A stretch of DNA of 64,000 nucleotides from an uncultured Gammaproteobacteria bacterium (GCA_963705725.1 CAVPKM010000016.1:32001-96000), one strand, 5' to 3'; numbered from the stretch's first letter, positions 1 to 8,805 are shown. Made by a program: numbers and translations. Notes: generated by a model from the sequence alone, not told the origin.

Positions 1-801
1 GCATTAGATGTGCTGACAACTGATAACTTACGAAGCGACCTGCTTGCGATTTGGCAAGGGAAAAAAACCAATATTAAAGGCATTATCTGCGTCACGCATG
101 ATATCGAAGAAGCCGCTATTTTATCTGATCGAATCCTTATTTTCGGCACCAACCCTGGCTATATTAAGGACGAACTACAAGTTGATCTTCCTCATCCACG
201 AAACCATCAAGACCCAAGATTTAGAAAGCTGGTTGATGATATTTATACGCTGATGACCACCCCGTCTGCCGATCGAGTCAGTATCACCGGGGCGCGCTAC
301 AAAACAATTGGGCTCGGTTATCGCTTGCCTGAGGTGGAGATTTCAGAGTTAACTGGATTTTTAGAAGCATTAGATTCCCCAGATTATCAAGACAAAGTCG
401 ATCTTCCTGAATTGGCAGAAGATTTACAGCTCAATGTCGATGATTTGTTCAACATTACTGAAGCACTAGAAATTATGCGCTTTGTCTATGTTTCGAAAGG
501 AAATATTGAATTGACTGGGGCCGGCAAACTATTCGCAAAGGCAAATATTCATCGACGCAAGCAAATCTTCGCGGCTCACCTATTAAGCTATGTTCCCTTA
601 GCAAGACACATTAGACGAGTGCTGGACGAACGCCCAGGCCATATTGCATCAGAAGATCGCTTCTTAACTGAATTAGAAGATTATTTAAGTCAGGATGCTG
701 CAGAACAAGTATTAAAAATTGTCATTGAATGGGGAAGATATGCCGAAGTCTTTGCCTATGACTACAATACGGGTTTTCTCTCTCTAGAAAATCCTGAATA
801 A
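1..801 (+). CDS. NitT/TauT-family ABC transporter ATP-binding protein with C-terminal AAA-associated domain (5'-truncated by window)
   Basis: Frame is open from the window edge; ABC H-loop region 'VTHDIEEAAILSDRILIF' followed by the C-terminal extension ending 'WGRYAEVFAYD' typical of this subfamily. Confidence 0.85.
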   Translation, partial: ALDVLTTDNLRSDLLAIWQGKKTNIKGIICVTHDIEEAAILSDRILIFGTNPGYIKDELQVDLPHPRNHQDPRFRKLVDDIYTLMTTPSADRVSITGARYKTIGLGYRLPEVEISELTGFLEALDSPDYQDKVDLPELAEDLQLNVDDLFNITEALEIMRFVYVSKGNIELTGAGKLFAKANIHRRKQIFAAHLLSYVPLARHIRRVLDERPGHIASEDRFLTELEDYLSQDAAEQVLKIVIEWGRYAEVFAYDYNTGFLSLENPE

Positions 802-813
802 GAGGAAGTAAGA

Positions 814-1683
814 TTGGAAACATTTGATATCACTAATTGGGATGAGCCACATGACGATGCCCGCAAGCAGCAGGCATTATTGTCCTTAGAAGCGGGAGAA
901 GTCCTTTACTTACCTAAACTCGCCTTCAATCTTTACCCCCTTGAAAAAAATTATTTAACCGCAAATATCGCTAATCCAAAATCAAAAAATATCAGTTACG
1001 ATGCGAGTATAGGAAATTTACAGGGGGCCATTTGTTCTAAGCAGGATTCTATTCAAATGACGCAGATGATTGAGCGATATGCCGCTTATAGCAAGATGCT
1101 CATTGAAAATTTATTGCCCTATTACCAACCCCACCTGCTGCAAGGGCGGACCAGTTTTCGTCCAGTAGAAATTAAAGATCGCAAGGCCTCCTCTTATCGT
1201 AAAGATGATACCCGCCTTCATGTCGATGCTTTTCCGGCCACTCCTACTCAAGGCAAGCGCATTCTCCGCGTATTCACCAATGTTAATCCGCTTGAACCTC
1301 GCATTTGGAGAATCGGCGCCCCTTTTCATAAAGTACTGGAATATTTTCATCCCAAATTAGCGCCGCCTCTGCCAGGTTTAGCGGCTTTACTACATACATT
1401 AAAAATTACTAAGCAAAAACGAAAAAAGTATGATCACTACCTGTTGCAATTGCATAATGCAATGAAAAAAGACATGGATTATCAACAAAAAGTACCGCAA
1501 ATCGAATTTCATTTTCCACCGCAGAGTACCTGGCTGGCTTTTACCGATCAAGTATCGCACGCAGCCATGAAAGGTAAATTTGCCTTTGAACAAACTTTTT
1601 ATCTCCCCCACCAAGCCTTATTTGAAAAGAAAAAATCCCCCTGTTCCATATTGGAGAAATATATTGGGGATAAAATGTTATAG
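814..1683 (+). CDS. kdoO: Kdo hydroxylase (Kdo to Ko dioxygenase) family protein
   Basis: Motifs 'RKDDTRLHVDAFP', 'RILRVFTNVNP', 'YDHYLLQLHNAMKKD', 'FTDQVSHAAMKG.FAFEQTF'; TTG start after GAGGA. Confidence 0.85.
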   Translation: METFDITNWDEPHDDARKQQALLSLEAGEVLYLPKLAFNLYPLEKNYLTANIANPKSKNISYDASIGNLQGAICSKQDSIQMTQMIERYAAYSKMLIENLLPYYQPHLLQGRTSFRPVEIKDRKASSYRKDDTRLHVDAFPATPTQGKRILRVFTNVNPLEPRIWRIGAPFHKVLEYFHPKLAPPLPGLAALLHTLKITKQKRKKYDHYLLQLHNAMKKDMDYQQKVPQIEFHFPPQSTWLAFTDQVSHAAMKGKFAFEQTFYLPHQALFEKKKSPCSILEKYIGDKML

Positions 1684-1729
1684 AATAAAATGATACCTAC
1701 ATATTAGCGTAACACAGGGAGGTCAAATC

Positions 1730-3103
1730 ATGGCGCTGATTGAAACAAGAAATCCTGCAACCGGCAAGCTGATAAAAACTTACGAAGAGATGCCTGAAGA
1801 CCAAATTAATCAAATCATTTCAGATGTTCACCATGAATTTCAAGCGTGGCAGCATTTCGATTTCAAAAAACGCGCTACCCTTATGCACAAAGCCGCTGAA
1901 ATATTACGTCACCATGCTAAAGACTACGCAGAACTGATGATGATTGAAATGGGAAAACCCTTTAAAAGCGGGGTCAATGAAGTTGAAAAATGCGCATGGG
2001 GCTGTGATTTTTTTGCTGAAAATGCAGAAAATTTTCTTGCTTCTGAGTCGGTCTCACTCAATGGCGCAACGAGAAGCTTTATTACTTTTCAACCGCTAGG
2101 AGCGATTCTTGCCATCATGCCTTGGAACTTTCCCTTTTGGCAAGTCTTTCGCTTTGCAGCACCCTCCTTGATGGCAGGGAATGTGGGTTTATTAAAGCAT
2201 TCTCCAAACACAACAGGATGCGCTTTAGCGATAGAAGAAATCTTTCATCAAGCAGGCTTTCCTAAAAATGCGTTTAGGACCTTAATTACCAGCAATGAAG
2301 ATATTGATAAAACTATTCCCAACAAAAAAATTGCTGCGGTAACGTTAACTGGCAGTACCCGTGCCGGCAAAACAGTCGGACAAATCGCTGGTTCTTGCGT
2401 TAAAAAAGTGGTTTTAGAATTAGGGGGAAGCGATCCTTATCTTATTTTAGGTGATGCGAATCTGGATCAAGCAGTCGACATCTGCGTATCGAGCCGCGTA
2501 ACCAATTCAGGTCAAAGCTGCATCGCAGCAAAACGTTTCATTGTGGTTGAAGAAATAAAGGATGAATTTGAGTCACGTTTTGTAGAAAAAATGCGGAAGA
2601 TTAAGATGGGAGATCCGGCAAAGGAAGACACCGATATTGGCCCGCAAGCAAGATTTGATTTAAGAGATGCGCTGCATGAGCAGGTAGTGAAAAGCATTGA
2701 AAAAGGCGCAGCTTGTTTACTTGGCGGAGAAATTCCTCATCTTCCAGGAGCCTACTATCCTCCTACTGTATTAACCAATGTTAAATCCGGCATGCCGGCC
2801 TATCACGAAGAGCTATTTGGCCCTGTTGCTGCCATTATTCCCGTTCTTGATGAAGAAGAAGCCATTACCATCGCCAACGACACCGAGTTTGGTCTCGGCG
2901 CCGCTGTTTTTACCGAGGATCGAGCAAGAGGAGAGCAGATTGCCACTACCCGGTTAAATGCCGGCACTGTCGCCGTGAATAACCTGGTGAAATCTGACCC
3001 TAGAATGCCATTTGGAGGGGTGAAAGAAAGCGGTCATGGTAGGGAGCTTTCCCACTATGGAATCAAGGAATTTGTGAATATTAAAAGCATTATCATTGAG
3101 TAA
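1730..3103 (+). CDS. NAD(P)-dependent succinate-semialdehyde dehydrogenase (Sad/GabD1 type)
   Basis: ALDH motifs 'IMPWNFPFWQVFRFAAP', 'LELGGSDP', 'GQSCIAAKRF', 'EELFGP', 'PFGGVKESG'; GGAGG RBS. Confidence 0.88.
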   Translation: MALIETRNPATGKLIKTYEEMPEDQINQIISDVHHEFQAWQHFDFKKRATLMHKAAEILRHHAKDYAELMMIEMGKPFKSGVNEVEKCAWGCDFFAENAENFLASESVSLNGATRSFITFQPLGAILAIMPWNFPFWQVFRFAAPSLMAGNVGLLKHSPNTTGCALAIEEIFHQAGFPKNAFRTLITSNEDIDKTIPNKKIAAVTLTGSTRAGKTVGQIAGSCVKKVVLELGGSDPYLILGDANLDQAVDICVSSRVTNSGQSCIAAKRFIVVEEIKDEFESRFVEKMRKIKMGDPAKEDTDIGPQARFDLRDALHEQVVKSIEKGAACLLGGEIPHLPGAYYPPTVLTNVKSGMPAYHEELFGPVAAIIPVLDEEEAITIANDTEFGLGAAVFTEDRARGEQIATTRLNAGTVAVNNLVKSDPRMPFGGVKESGHGRELSHYGIKEFVNIKSIIIE

Positions 3104-3117
3104 ATCACTTTACAGGG

Positions 3118-3849
3118 TTGCGAATGCGAATTTCTAGAATTTATTATGAGGACCCCCTGAATTTACATTTAAATATAACATTAAATCAAAAAACCAGTCA
3201 TTACGTCTCTACTGTGCTTCGTCTAAAAGTGGGTGCGGGTATGGTATTATTTAACGGAGATGGCATAGAGTATTTTGCAATTATTCAGGCGATTGAAAAA
3301 AAACAAGTGATGGTTAACATCACCGAGGCAATCAAGAAGCAGAGAGAATCTCCCTTTAACATTCATTTAGGCCAATCACTCTCCCGAAGTGAAAAAATGG
3401 ATTGGGCAATTCAAAAGTCTGTGGAGTTAGGCGTCAATGAGATCAGCCCGCTATTTTCAGATCATTGCGCACGTAAACTTGACACCACACAGTCAAACAA
3501 GAGAAATGATCATTGGCAAAATATTATTATCAGCGCCTGCGAGCAATCAGGTCGATCCACCTTGCCGATTCTCAATCCCCTGCTATCAATCGATGATTGG
3601 TTAAATGAAACCAAGAGTGACCACAAGTTATTTTTTCATCCTGATGCGAAATTTCACCTGGCAGAATTACCCCACATGGATAATGCAATGCTGCTAATTG
3701 GACCTGAGGGAGGACTTTCCACTCGAGAAACGCAACTGGCGCTTAGCCAAGGATTTAAAGCAATTTCACTAGGTCCACGGATTTTACGAACAGAAACTGC
3801 GGCGTTAGCCGCAATCGCAATTTTACAAAATCGTTTCGGAGACCTCTAA
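3118..3849 (+). CDS. rsmE: 16S rRNA m3U1498 methyltransferase
   Basis: 'IGPEGG', 'LGPRILRTETA', 'QKSVELGV', 'ACEQSGR'; true start may be ATG 3124. Confidence 0.93.
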   Translation: MRMRISRIYYEDPLNLHLNITLNQKTSHYVSTVLRLKVGAGMVLFNGDGIEYFAIIQAIEKKQVMVNITEAIKKQRESPFNIHLGQSLSRSEKMDWAIQKSVELGVNEISPLFSDHCARKLDTTQSNKRNDHWQNIIISACEQSGRSTLPILNPLLSIDDWLNETKSDHKLFFHPDAKFHLAELPHMDNAMLLIGPEGGLSTRETQLALSQGFKAISLGPRILRTETAALAAIAILQNRFGDL

Positions 3850-4028
3850 CCCAGTCCTTGAGTAGAAATTACTTGAGAAACGACACGTAAGACAGTTTTA
3901 AAATAATTTGTAGGTTTTTTTCTTATTTTTCCTAGTCAAAAAAAGAATATTTTTTGCAACTTATTGTAAATAAATGTTTTTTATTTTTTCATCATGACCG
4001 CTATATTTTATTTTTGGATAACGCAGCC

Positions 4029-4056
4029 TTGTTTAGAAACTATTTTCATTTAGAGT
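4029..4056 (+). promoter_or_regulatory. Possible sigma70 promoter of the candidate sRNA
   Basis: TTGTTT (4029-4034), 16-bp spacer, TAGAGT (4051-4056) just before the first ANGGA motif. Confidence 0.3.
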
Positions 4057-4060
4057 GCCT

Positions 4061-4184
4061 ACATGGATTAAGTCGCATTTCCTCTAAAGAGAATTCTCAA
4101 GGATGCTAGCATAGTGTGATGTGCGCAAGATTTTCAGGCAAGGATTGCCTGGAAGGGCAGCCAATTTTTTTGGTTGCCCTTTTT
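4061..4184 (+). ncRNA. Candidate CsrA/RsmA-sequestering small RNA (RsmX/Y/Z-like)
   Basis: ORF-free intergenic stretch with ATGGA, AAGGA, AAGGA and a further TGGA; one AGGAT forms the loop of TTTCAGGCA-AGGAT-TGCCTGGAA; ends in an intrinsic terminator. Confidence 0.55.
4153..4184 (+). terminator. Rho-independent terminator, possibly bidirectional
   Basis: AAGGGCAGCCAA-TTTTT-TTGGTTGCCCTT followed by T-run; 5 nt from the stop of the convergent phosphorylase gene. Confidence 0.75.
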
Positions 4185-4189
4185 AATAG

Positions 4190-5011
4190 TTACAGATTTT
4201 TTATTATATGAATAAGCAATCGACTTAAATCATCAGCTGCCGTTTTTGCCCTCGCCAAGACTGCCTCATGCGTGAGGAATTCATCAGACATACCACAGGC
4301 CATGTTGGTAATGACAGATAACGCTAACACTTTTAAATTGCAATGTCTGGCAACAATTACCTCAGGGACAGTAGACATTCCTACCACATCCGCACCTAAT
4401 TGCTTAAATGCTCTGATTTCGGCAGGAGTCTCATAACAAGGGCCTAATGTGGCTAAATAAACACCCGAAGTCATGTCAATGCCGATCATTTTGCCGGTTT
4501 CAATCGCGAGCGCAACTAAGTCCTTATCATAAGCATTCTGCAGTGAAGGGAAGCGAGGACCGAATGATTCATCATTTGACCCAACCAAGGGATTTTGAAA
4601 CTGGAAATTAATATGGTCCTCAATTACTACCAGACTACCTGGTTGCACAGTTTTTCTTAATGAAGCCGCTGCATTAGTTAATATGACTAATTCACAACCT
4701 AAAAGTTTAAGCGTGCGAATATAGGTTAAAATATCTGCATGCGTTTTCCCTTCGTAGTAATGCGCTCGGCCCTGGAGACATACCACAGGTACTCCAGCGA
4801 ATTTCCCTAACAACAGCTTTCCGCTATGTCCTGAAACAGAACAATCTGGGAAACCTGGAATTTCAGAGTAGGAGATAGTCAATTGACAATCTATTTCTCT
4901 TGCGAACTGATCTAACCCCGAACCCAGCACGATGGCAATTTTGGGCGTGATATATCCGTCATAAGCCTTAATAAAACTAGCGGATTGTTCTGATACTTCT
5001 GTTTTTTTCAA
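4190..5011 (-). CDS. Purine nucleoside phosphorylase (trimeric PNP/XapA type)
   Basis: 'IVLGSGL', 'SVSGHSGKL', 'QGRAHYYEG', 'GPCYETPAE', 'VGMSTVPEV'. Confidence 0.92.
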   Translation of the reverse strand: MKKTEVSEQSASFIKAYDGYITPKIAIVLGSGLDQFAREIDCQLTISYSEIPGFPDCSVSGHSGKLLLGKFAGVPVVCLQGRAHYYEGKTHADILTYIRTLKLLGCELVILTNAAASLRKTVQPGSLVVIEDHINFQFQNPLVGSNDESFGPRFPSLQNAYDKDLVALAIETGKMIGIDMTSGVYLATLGPCYETPAEIRAFKQLGADVVGMSTVPEVIVARHCNLKVLALSVITNMACGMSDEFLTHEAVLARAKTAADDLSRLLIHIIKNL

Positions 5012-5119
5012 AATTAGGATCCTTTGCTGAACTATACTAAGGATGATATCACTTTCTGCTAGAGAGACTATATTATGTCTTCTCGGTTACTCTAACAGCT
5101 AAAATAGAGGAGATAACTT

Positions 5120-5572
5120 ATGCGAAATACCTGGATCTTAATTGCAAATGCAAGTGAAGCCCGATTATTTAATGCGGAAAAAACAACAAAAGACATGCAA
5201 CTTGTTCAAGCGTATTCTCATCAGGAAAGTCGAGAAAAAATAGCAAATCTCATTGATGGAGGCAAGGGATCCTACCGAAAAACTCCCTCACCTAAGAGCG
5301 CATATGAAGAACCCACCAATCCCAGGCAAGTGGAGATTGAACGTTTTGCTCATCAGCTAGCCCATAAATTAAATGATGGTCGAAACAAAAATTTATATCG
5401 AAATTTAGTGCTCATTGCTCCCTCTCAGTTTCAAGGGTTATTGAATAAATTTTGTAATCCACATGTTAAAAATTTGATTGTAATTCGCATGGACAAAGAT
5501 TACACAAAATATAAAAAAGAAGAATTATTACATTATCTTGATGGAAAAATACGCATTCGCTATGCCGCTTAA
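5120..5572 (+). CDS. Host-attachment family protein (aeRF1-related fold)
   Basis: 'TWILIANASEARLF', 'ERFAHQLAHKL', 'LVLIAPSQFQGLL', 'DKDYTK' match the Host_attach pattern; GAGGA RBS. Confidence 0.78.
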   Translation: MRNTWILIANASEARLFNAEKTTKDMQLVQAYSHQESREKIANLIDGGKGSYRKTPSPKSAYEEPTNPRQVEIERFAHQLAHKLNDGRNKNLYRNLVLIAPSQFQGLLNKFCNPHVKNLIVIRMDKDYTKYKKEELLHYLDGKIRIRYAA

Positions 5573-5584
5573 CCAAGATGCCGA

Positions 5585-5636
5585 GTAACTACTCGCCCCA
5601 TTTGGTTGGACAGGCTCTTACCCCGTGAGCAGTTAC
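5585..5636. repeat. Degenerate mini-MITE of the GTAACT...AGTTAC family
   Basis: GTAACTACTC...GAGCAGTTAC terminal inverted repeats, 52 bp, same ends as the copies at 8593, 26651 and 44741. Confidence 0.5.
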
Positions 5637-5665
5637 GATGCCGACGTGTTACTTACGTCGGCATC
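5637..5665. terminator. Hairpin between convergent genes, probable terminator
   Basis: GATGCCGACGT-GTTACTT-ACGTCGGCATC perfect 11-bp stem. Confidence 0.65.
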
Positions 5666-5679
5666 TCATTATATTATTG

Positions 5680-6210
5680 TTACGCTACCGTGATCTGATG
5701 GGCTTGTAGACTATCCCCTGCATTATTCTCTGTAAAACGCACGGTTTTACCGATACTCAGCGTTGAAAACTCGGGTCCGAGCAAGTTGCTTTCACTAAAA
5801 TAATATTCATTCCCCTCCGAGGTTTGGATAAAGCCATAATCTTGAAACAATCGGACAATGACGCCCGTTAAAGGCGGCTGATGGGCTTTAGTATTTCCCC
5901 GCAGCTTTTGTACGTAATCCCCTAATTGACGTTTCATTGCGTTAAACGAATCACGAATCGCCACATACAAATCTTCATTACGATGACTGTTATTATTTAC
6001 TATCAGCACTTCTCCAGGCACATCTACTTCAATGTTCACTTGAAATAACTTTCCTTGATGCTGATTCTTTTGTGTTTCCTCCACAACAACACGGCAATAA
6101 GTGATGCGATTAAAAAATTTTTGCAATTTTTCTGCTTTATTACGAATTTTTGCATCAATTGCTTGAGTATTTTCAATATCACGAATGGTAATCTCTAATG
6201 GTAATTTCAT
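5680..6210 (-). CDS. HPF/RaiA ribosome-associated protein fused to a cold-shock domain
   Basis: N-terminal S30EA-like 'PLEITIRDI...KAEKL...EDLYVAIRDSFNAMKRQL'; C-terminal CSD 'GVIVRLFQDYGFIQTSEGNEYYF'. Confidence 0.85.
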   Translation of the reverse strand: MKLPLEITIRDIENTQAIDAKIRNKAEKLQKFFNRITYCRVVVEETQKNQHQGKLFQVNIEVDVPGEVLIVNNNSHRNEDLYVAIRDSFNAMKRQLGDYVQKLRGNTKAHQPPLTGVIVRLFQDYGFIQTSEGNEYYFSESNLLGPEFSTLSIGKTVRFTENNAGDSLQAHQITVA

Positions 6211-6237
6211 AGCTACCCCTTAAGAAATTTATTTTAA

Positions 6238-6693
6238 TTAATGTTTGATGATATGCGGATGAACTAATTTTTCAAAATCCTGATAAGACATTTTGATGAG
6301 TTCTTTATGATTGCCAGCGTTAAAAGCAATTTGGTCATCCTGCGTTAAGCCATCTGCAACATAGACATCCATATCATACAAATTACCAAATGGCGGCATG
6401 GCACCAAGCTCGCAATCAGGGAATCGATCTTGAAACTCATATTCGCTTGCCAGCTCTACCTTCTTGCCATCGCACATGGCTTCCAAGGATTTAAGATTGA
6501 CTTTTTGATGGGCTGGTTCTACTACCATAGCAAACTTGCCATCGATCTTAACAATGACAACTTTAGCCATAAACTTTCCTGAAAGATGACAATTCGCAGC
6601 AATTTCAGGAGCCGTATAAGCAGGTGTGTGCTGTATGACAGAGTACCTAACCTGGTTTTTATTGAGAAACGTTTTTAATGATGGGTTCAGCAT
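6238..6693 (-). CDS. YbaK/EbsC (ProXp-like) aminoacyl-tRNA deacylase family protein
   Basis: 'HTPAYTA', 'AKVVIVK', 'FPDCELGAMPPFG', 'FNAGNH.ELIKM'. Confidence 0.85.
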   Translation of the reverse strand: MLNPSLKTFLNKNQVRYSVIQHTPAYTAPEIAANCHLSGKFMAKVVIVKIDGKFAMVVEPAHQKVNLKSLEAMCDGKKVELASEYEFQDRFPDCELGAMPPFGNLYDMDVYVADGLTQDDQIAFNAGNHKELIKMSYQDFEKLVHPHIIKH

Positions 6694-6782
6694 GGTAGCA
6701 ACCTCCGTTTTATTAGAGAACTACTTAATTCAAAGATATTATAGCTCTTTATTGTGCTATTTTTTTCAAGAAACGCAACCGC

Positions 6783-8573
6783 TCAAGGATTCATGCTTGG
6801 ATCATCACTCGAGATTGAAGAATAAGGCAATAGATTAAGCTCTATAATGGTATCTGCATCTTCTTGAGAGGATTCTTCCCTATCCGAGTGGAAAGTAAAT
6901 GAAGAAGAACAATCTTTTTTAGCAAATACTTCGCTTAAGGATTGGGTTTCATGAAGGATAGAAAACGGTTTGCCGCTGGAGTGAATTCCAAACTGTATCG
7001 TGGTTAAAATGCTTTCCAATCTATTAAAAATACCAATTAGGTCCTGAATAGAGCGTTGTTCGACTTGTAATTGAGCCAAAGTATTTTCTAAATCTCTTAA
7101 GATTTGCTCAGTTATTTGGTAATCCTCATAGGCTCCAAGAGGTTTTAGTATTTTTTCTTCTAAACCTTGTATTTTTTCCAAAATTAATTCAGCCTCTTCA
7201 ATACCATTTTTCCAATCATCAGATTTTATTTTGTTAGGAAAACGAAAATAATAATCATATTCTTGCATAAATGCCGCACAAATCGTGAATAACAGACCTA
7301 AACCTATCGGAAATCCCACCCCAAAGCCTATGGCTGCCGCGTTATAAATTGAAGGAGCATCATTCGAGATTGACGTTTCTAGCACAGGAGAACTGTTATT
7401 TGCCCTCACGCCTAGCCATATCTCGATAGCTATAAAAAGCGGTAAGCTAGCACAAAAAGCTAACCCACCCGCCATACACGGTGAAATAATTAATTCTGAA
7501 TCTTGAGCGTTTAGCTCTGCAATAAAATTTTTAATTTCATTTAAAGCCTTGTCCAGACTTTTTAAATCCAGTATTAATTGCTTATACGTTAAGGTTGGCT
7601 TATTGCTGGATTCCTCGCTACTTTCTTCATCGCTGTCAATTACCAAGACACTTTTTCTTTTTTTCGAAAGATGATTTGAAAGACGAGATTTATAAAGGGG
7701 AACCAACTCCAGAATGCCTTGTGGTAAACGCTGAACTTCTATCCGCTGATCAAACTCTACTTTTGCTCCTGCTAAAGCAACTAATTTATAAGAGGCTGCT
7801 AAGCGGTAATAGTGATCAAGTCGCACTGGATTATTTTTATCGATAATCACCTGCTCTCGGTAAAGCGCCAAAAATTTTTCTTTAAATGCCGTATCTGCAA
7901 ACTGCGAAAGTAAGGCAACTTGCTTCTCAAAAGGAAACGTTAAAATCTTACCGAATGGCGTTTGCTCTTTATTGTTTGAAATGGTTAAATCCGCTCCTTG
8001 TTCGATTAATAAGGCAACAAGTGCTTCATTACAGTCAGCCGGTTCAACCGGAGTGGCTAATTGCAAGGGGGTATTACAGCAATGATCTGGTCTATTGATA
8101 TGATTGATAGCTTCAGGCTCTTGATTGATTTTCTTTAATAAATTTTTAGCAATAATTATATTTTTATATTTGACTGCAGCATGCAAATGCGTTTGGCCTT
8201 CAGCATAACTTTGTAGCCAAATTTTGTACCCTGGCTGATTGGGATCAAGCTGCCGGCTTGAGATTTCAAGCAGGTTATTTGCTATGTCCACGAAGTTTTT
8301 TTGAATGGCATAATATAAACAATCTTTATTTTCCCCATTTTTTCTAAAAAGCAAATCGTTATTATCTCCCTGTAACTCTAATAGTCGATCCGCCACTTTT
8401 TTTAAACTGTTCTCTAACGCAGTGCTCAAGAAGCTTTTTCCATTGTCATCATAAGAATTAAGACGAGCTGCCGGATCTTTTCGAATAAGGGTAATAAGCG
8501 TCAGCGCCTGTTCGGTATTTTGTTTCTCAATTGCTTGCTGTAATGCTGTTTCTAGTATATTTCTATCCTGCAT
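6783..8573 (-). CDS. Ankyrin-repeat protein with two transmembrane helices and coiled coil (effector candidate)
   Basis: Ank-like units 'GKSFLSTAL', 'NKDCLYYAIQK', 'GQTHLHAAVK', 'NTPLQLA...LLIEQGADLTISN'; two hydrophobic segments; acidic Ser-rich C-terminus. Confidence 0.8.
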   Translation of the reverse strand: MQDRNILETALQQAIEKQNTEQALTLITLIRKDPAARLNSYDDNGKSFLSTALENSLKKVADRLLELQGDNNDLLFRKNGENKDCLYYAIQKNFVDIANNLLEISSRQLDPNQPGYKIWLQSYAEGQTHLHAAVKYKNIIIAKNLLKKINQEPEAINHINRPDHCCNTPLQLATPVEPADCNEALVALLIEQGADLTISNNKEQTPFGKILTFPFEKQVALLSQFADTAFKEKFLALYREQVIIDKNNPVRLDHYYRLAASYKLVALAGAKVEFDQRIEVQRLPQGILELVPLYKSRLSNHLSKKRKSVLVIDSDEESSEESSNKPTLTYKQLILDLKSLDKALNEIKNFIAELNAQDSELIISPCMAGGLAFCASLPLFIAIEIWLGVRANNSSPVLETSISNDAPSIYNAAAIGFGVGFPIGLGLLFTICAAFMQEYDYYFRFPNKIKSDDWKNGIEEAELILEKIQGLEEKILKPLGAYEDYQITEQILRDLENTLAQLQVEQRSIQDLIGIFNRLESILTTIQFGIHSSGKPFSILHETQSLSEVFAKKDCSSSFTFHSDREESSQEDADTIIELNLLPYSSISSDDPSMNP

Positions 8574-8592
8574 ATGAACACCTATTTATTAT

Positions 8593-8650
8593 GTAACTAT
8601 TTCGCCCCAGGAAAGAAACGTCCATATTTGACCAAGCGCCGAATAGTTAC
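8593..8650. repeat. Mini-MITE copy directly upstream of the ankyrin gene
   Basis: GTAACTATT...AATAGTTAC ends; internal GAAACGTCCATATTT is identical to the left arm of the 54394-54565 element. Confidence 0.75.
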
Positions 8651-8778
8651 TTATTTTATATATATACAACGAGGTTGTTGCTTAATTTTAAGACAATACT
8701 AGTCGAAATTGTCTATAAAAAAAACAATTTAAAACAGGATTTTTATTAAATTTTGATTAAATAATGAATGGCGAAACG

Positions 8779-8805
8779 AAAAGGGTTAATTTAACACTTA
8801 ACCCT
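8779..8805 (-). terminator. Probable intrinsic terminator of prlC-rpiA
   Basis: AGGGTTAA...TTAACCCT stem followed by TTT on the minus strand, 16 nt after the rpiA stop. Confidence 0.5.

Noticed and set aside
8681-8765. PmrA-like boxes (cTTAAtatT tandem) upstream of the ankyrin gene
   Set aside because: Only half-site or poor tandem matches in very AT-rich DNA; not distinguishable from chance by eye.
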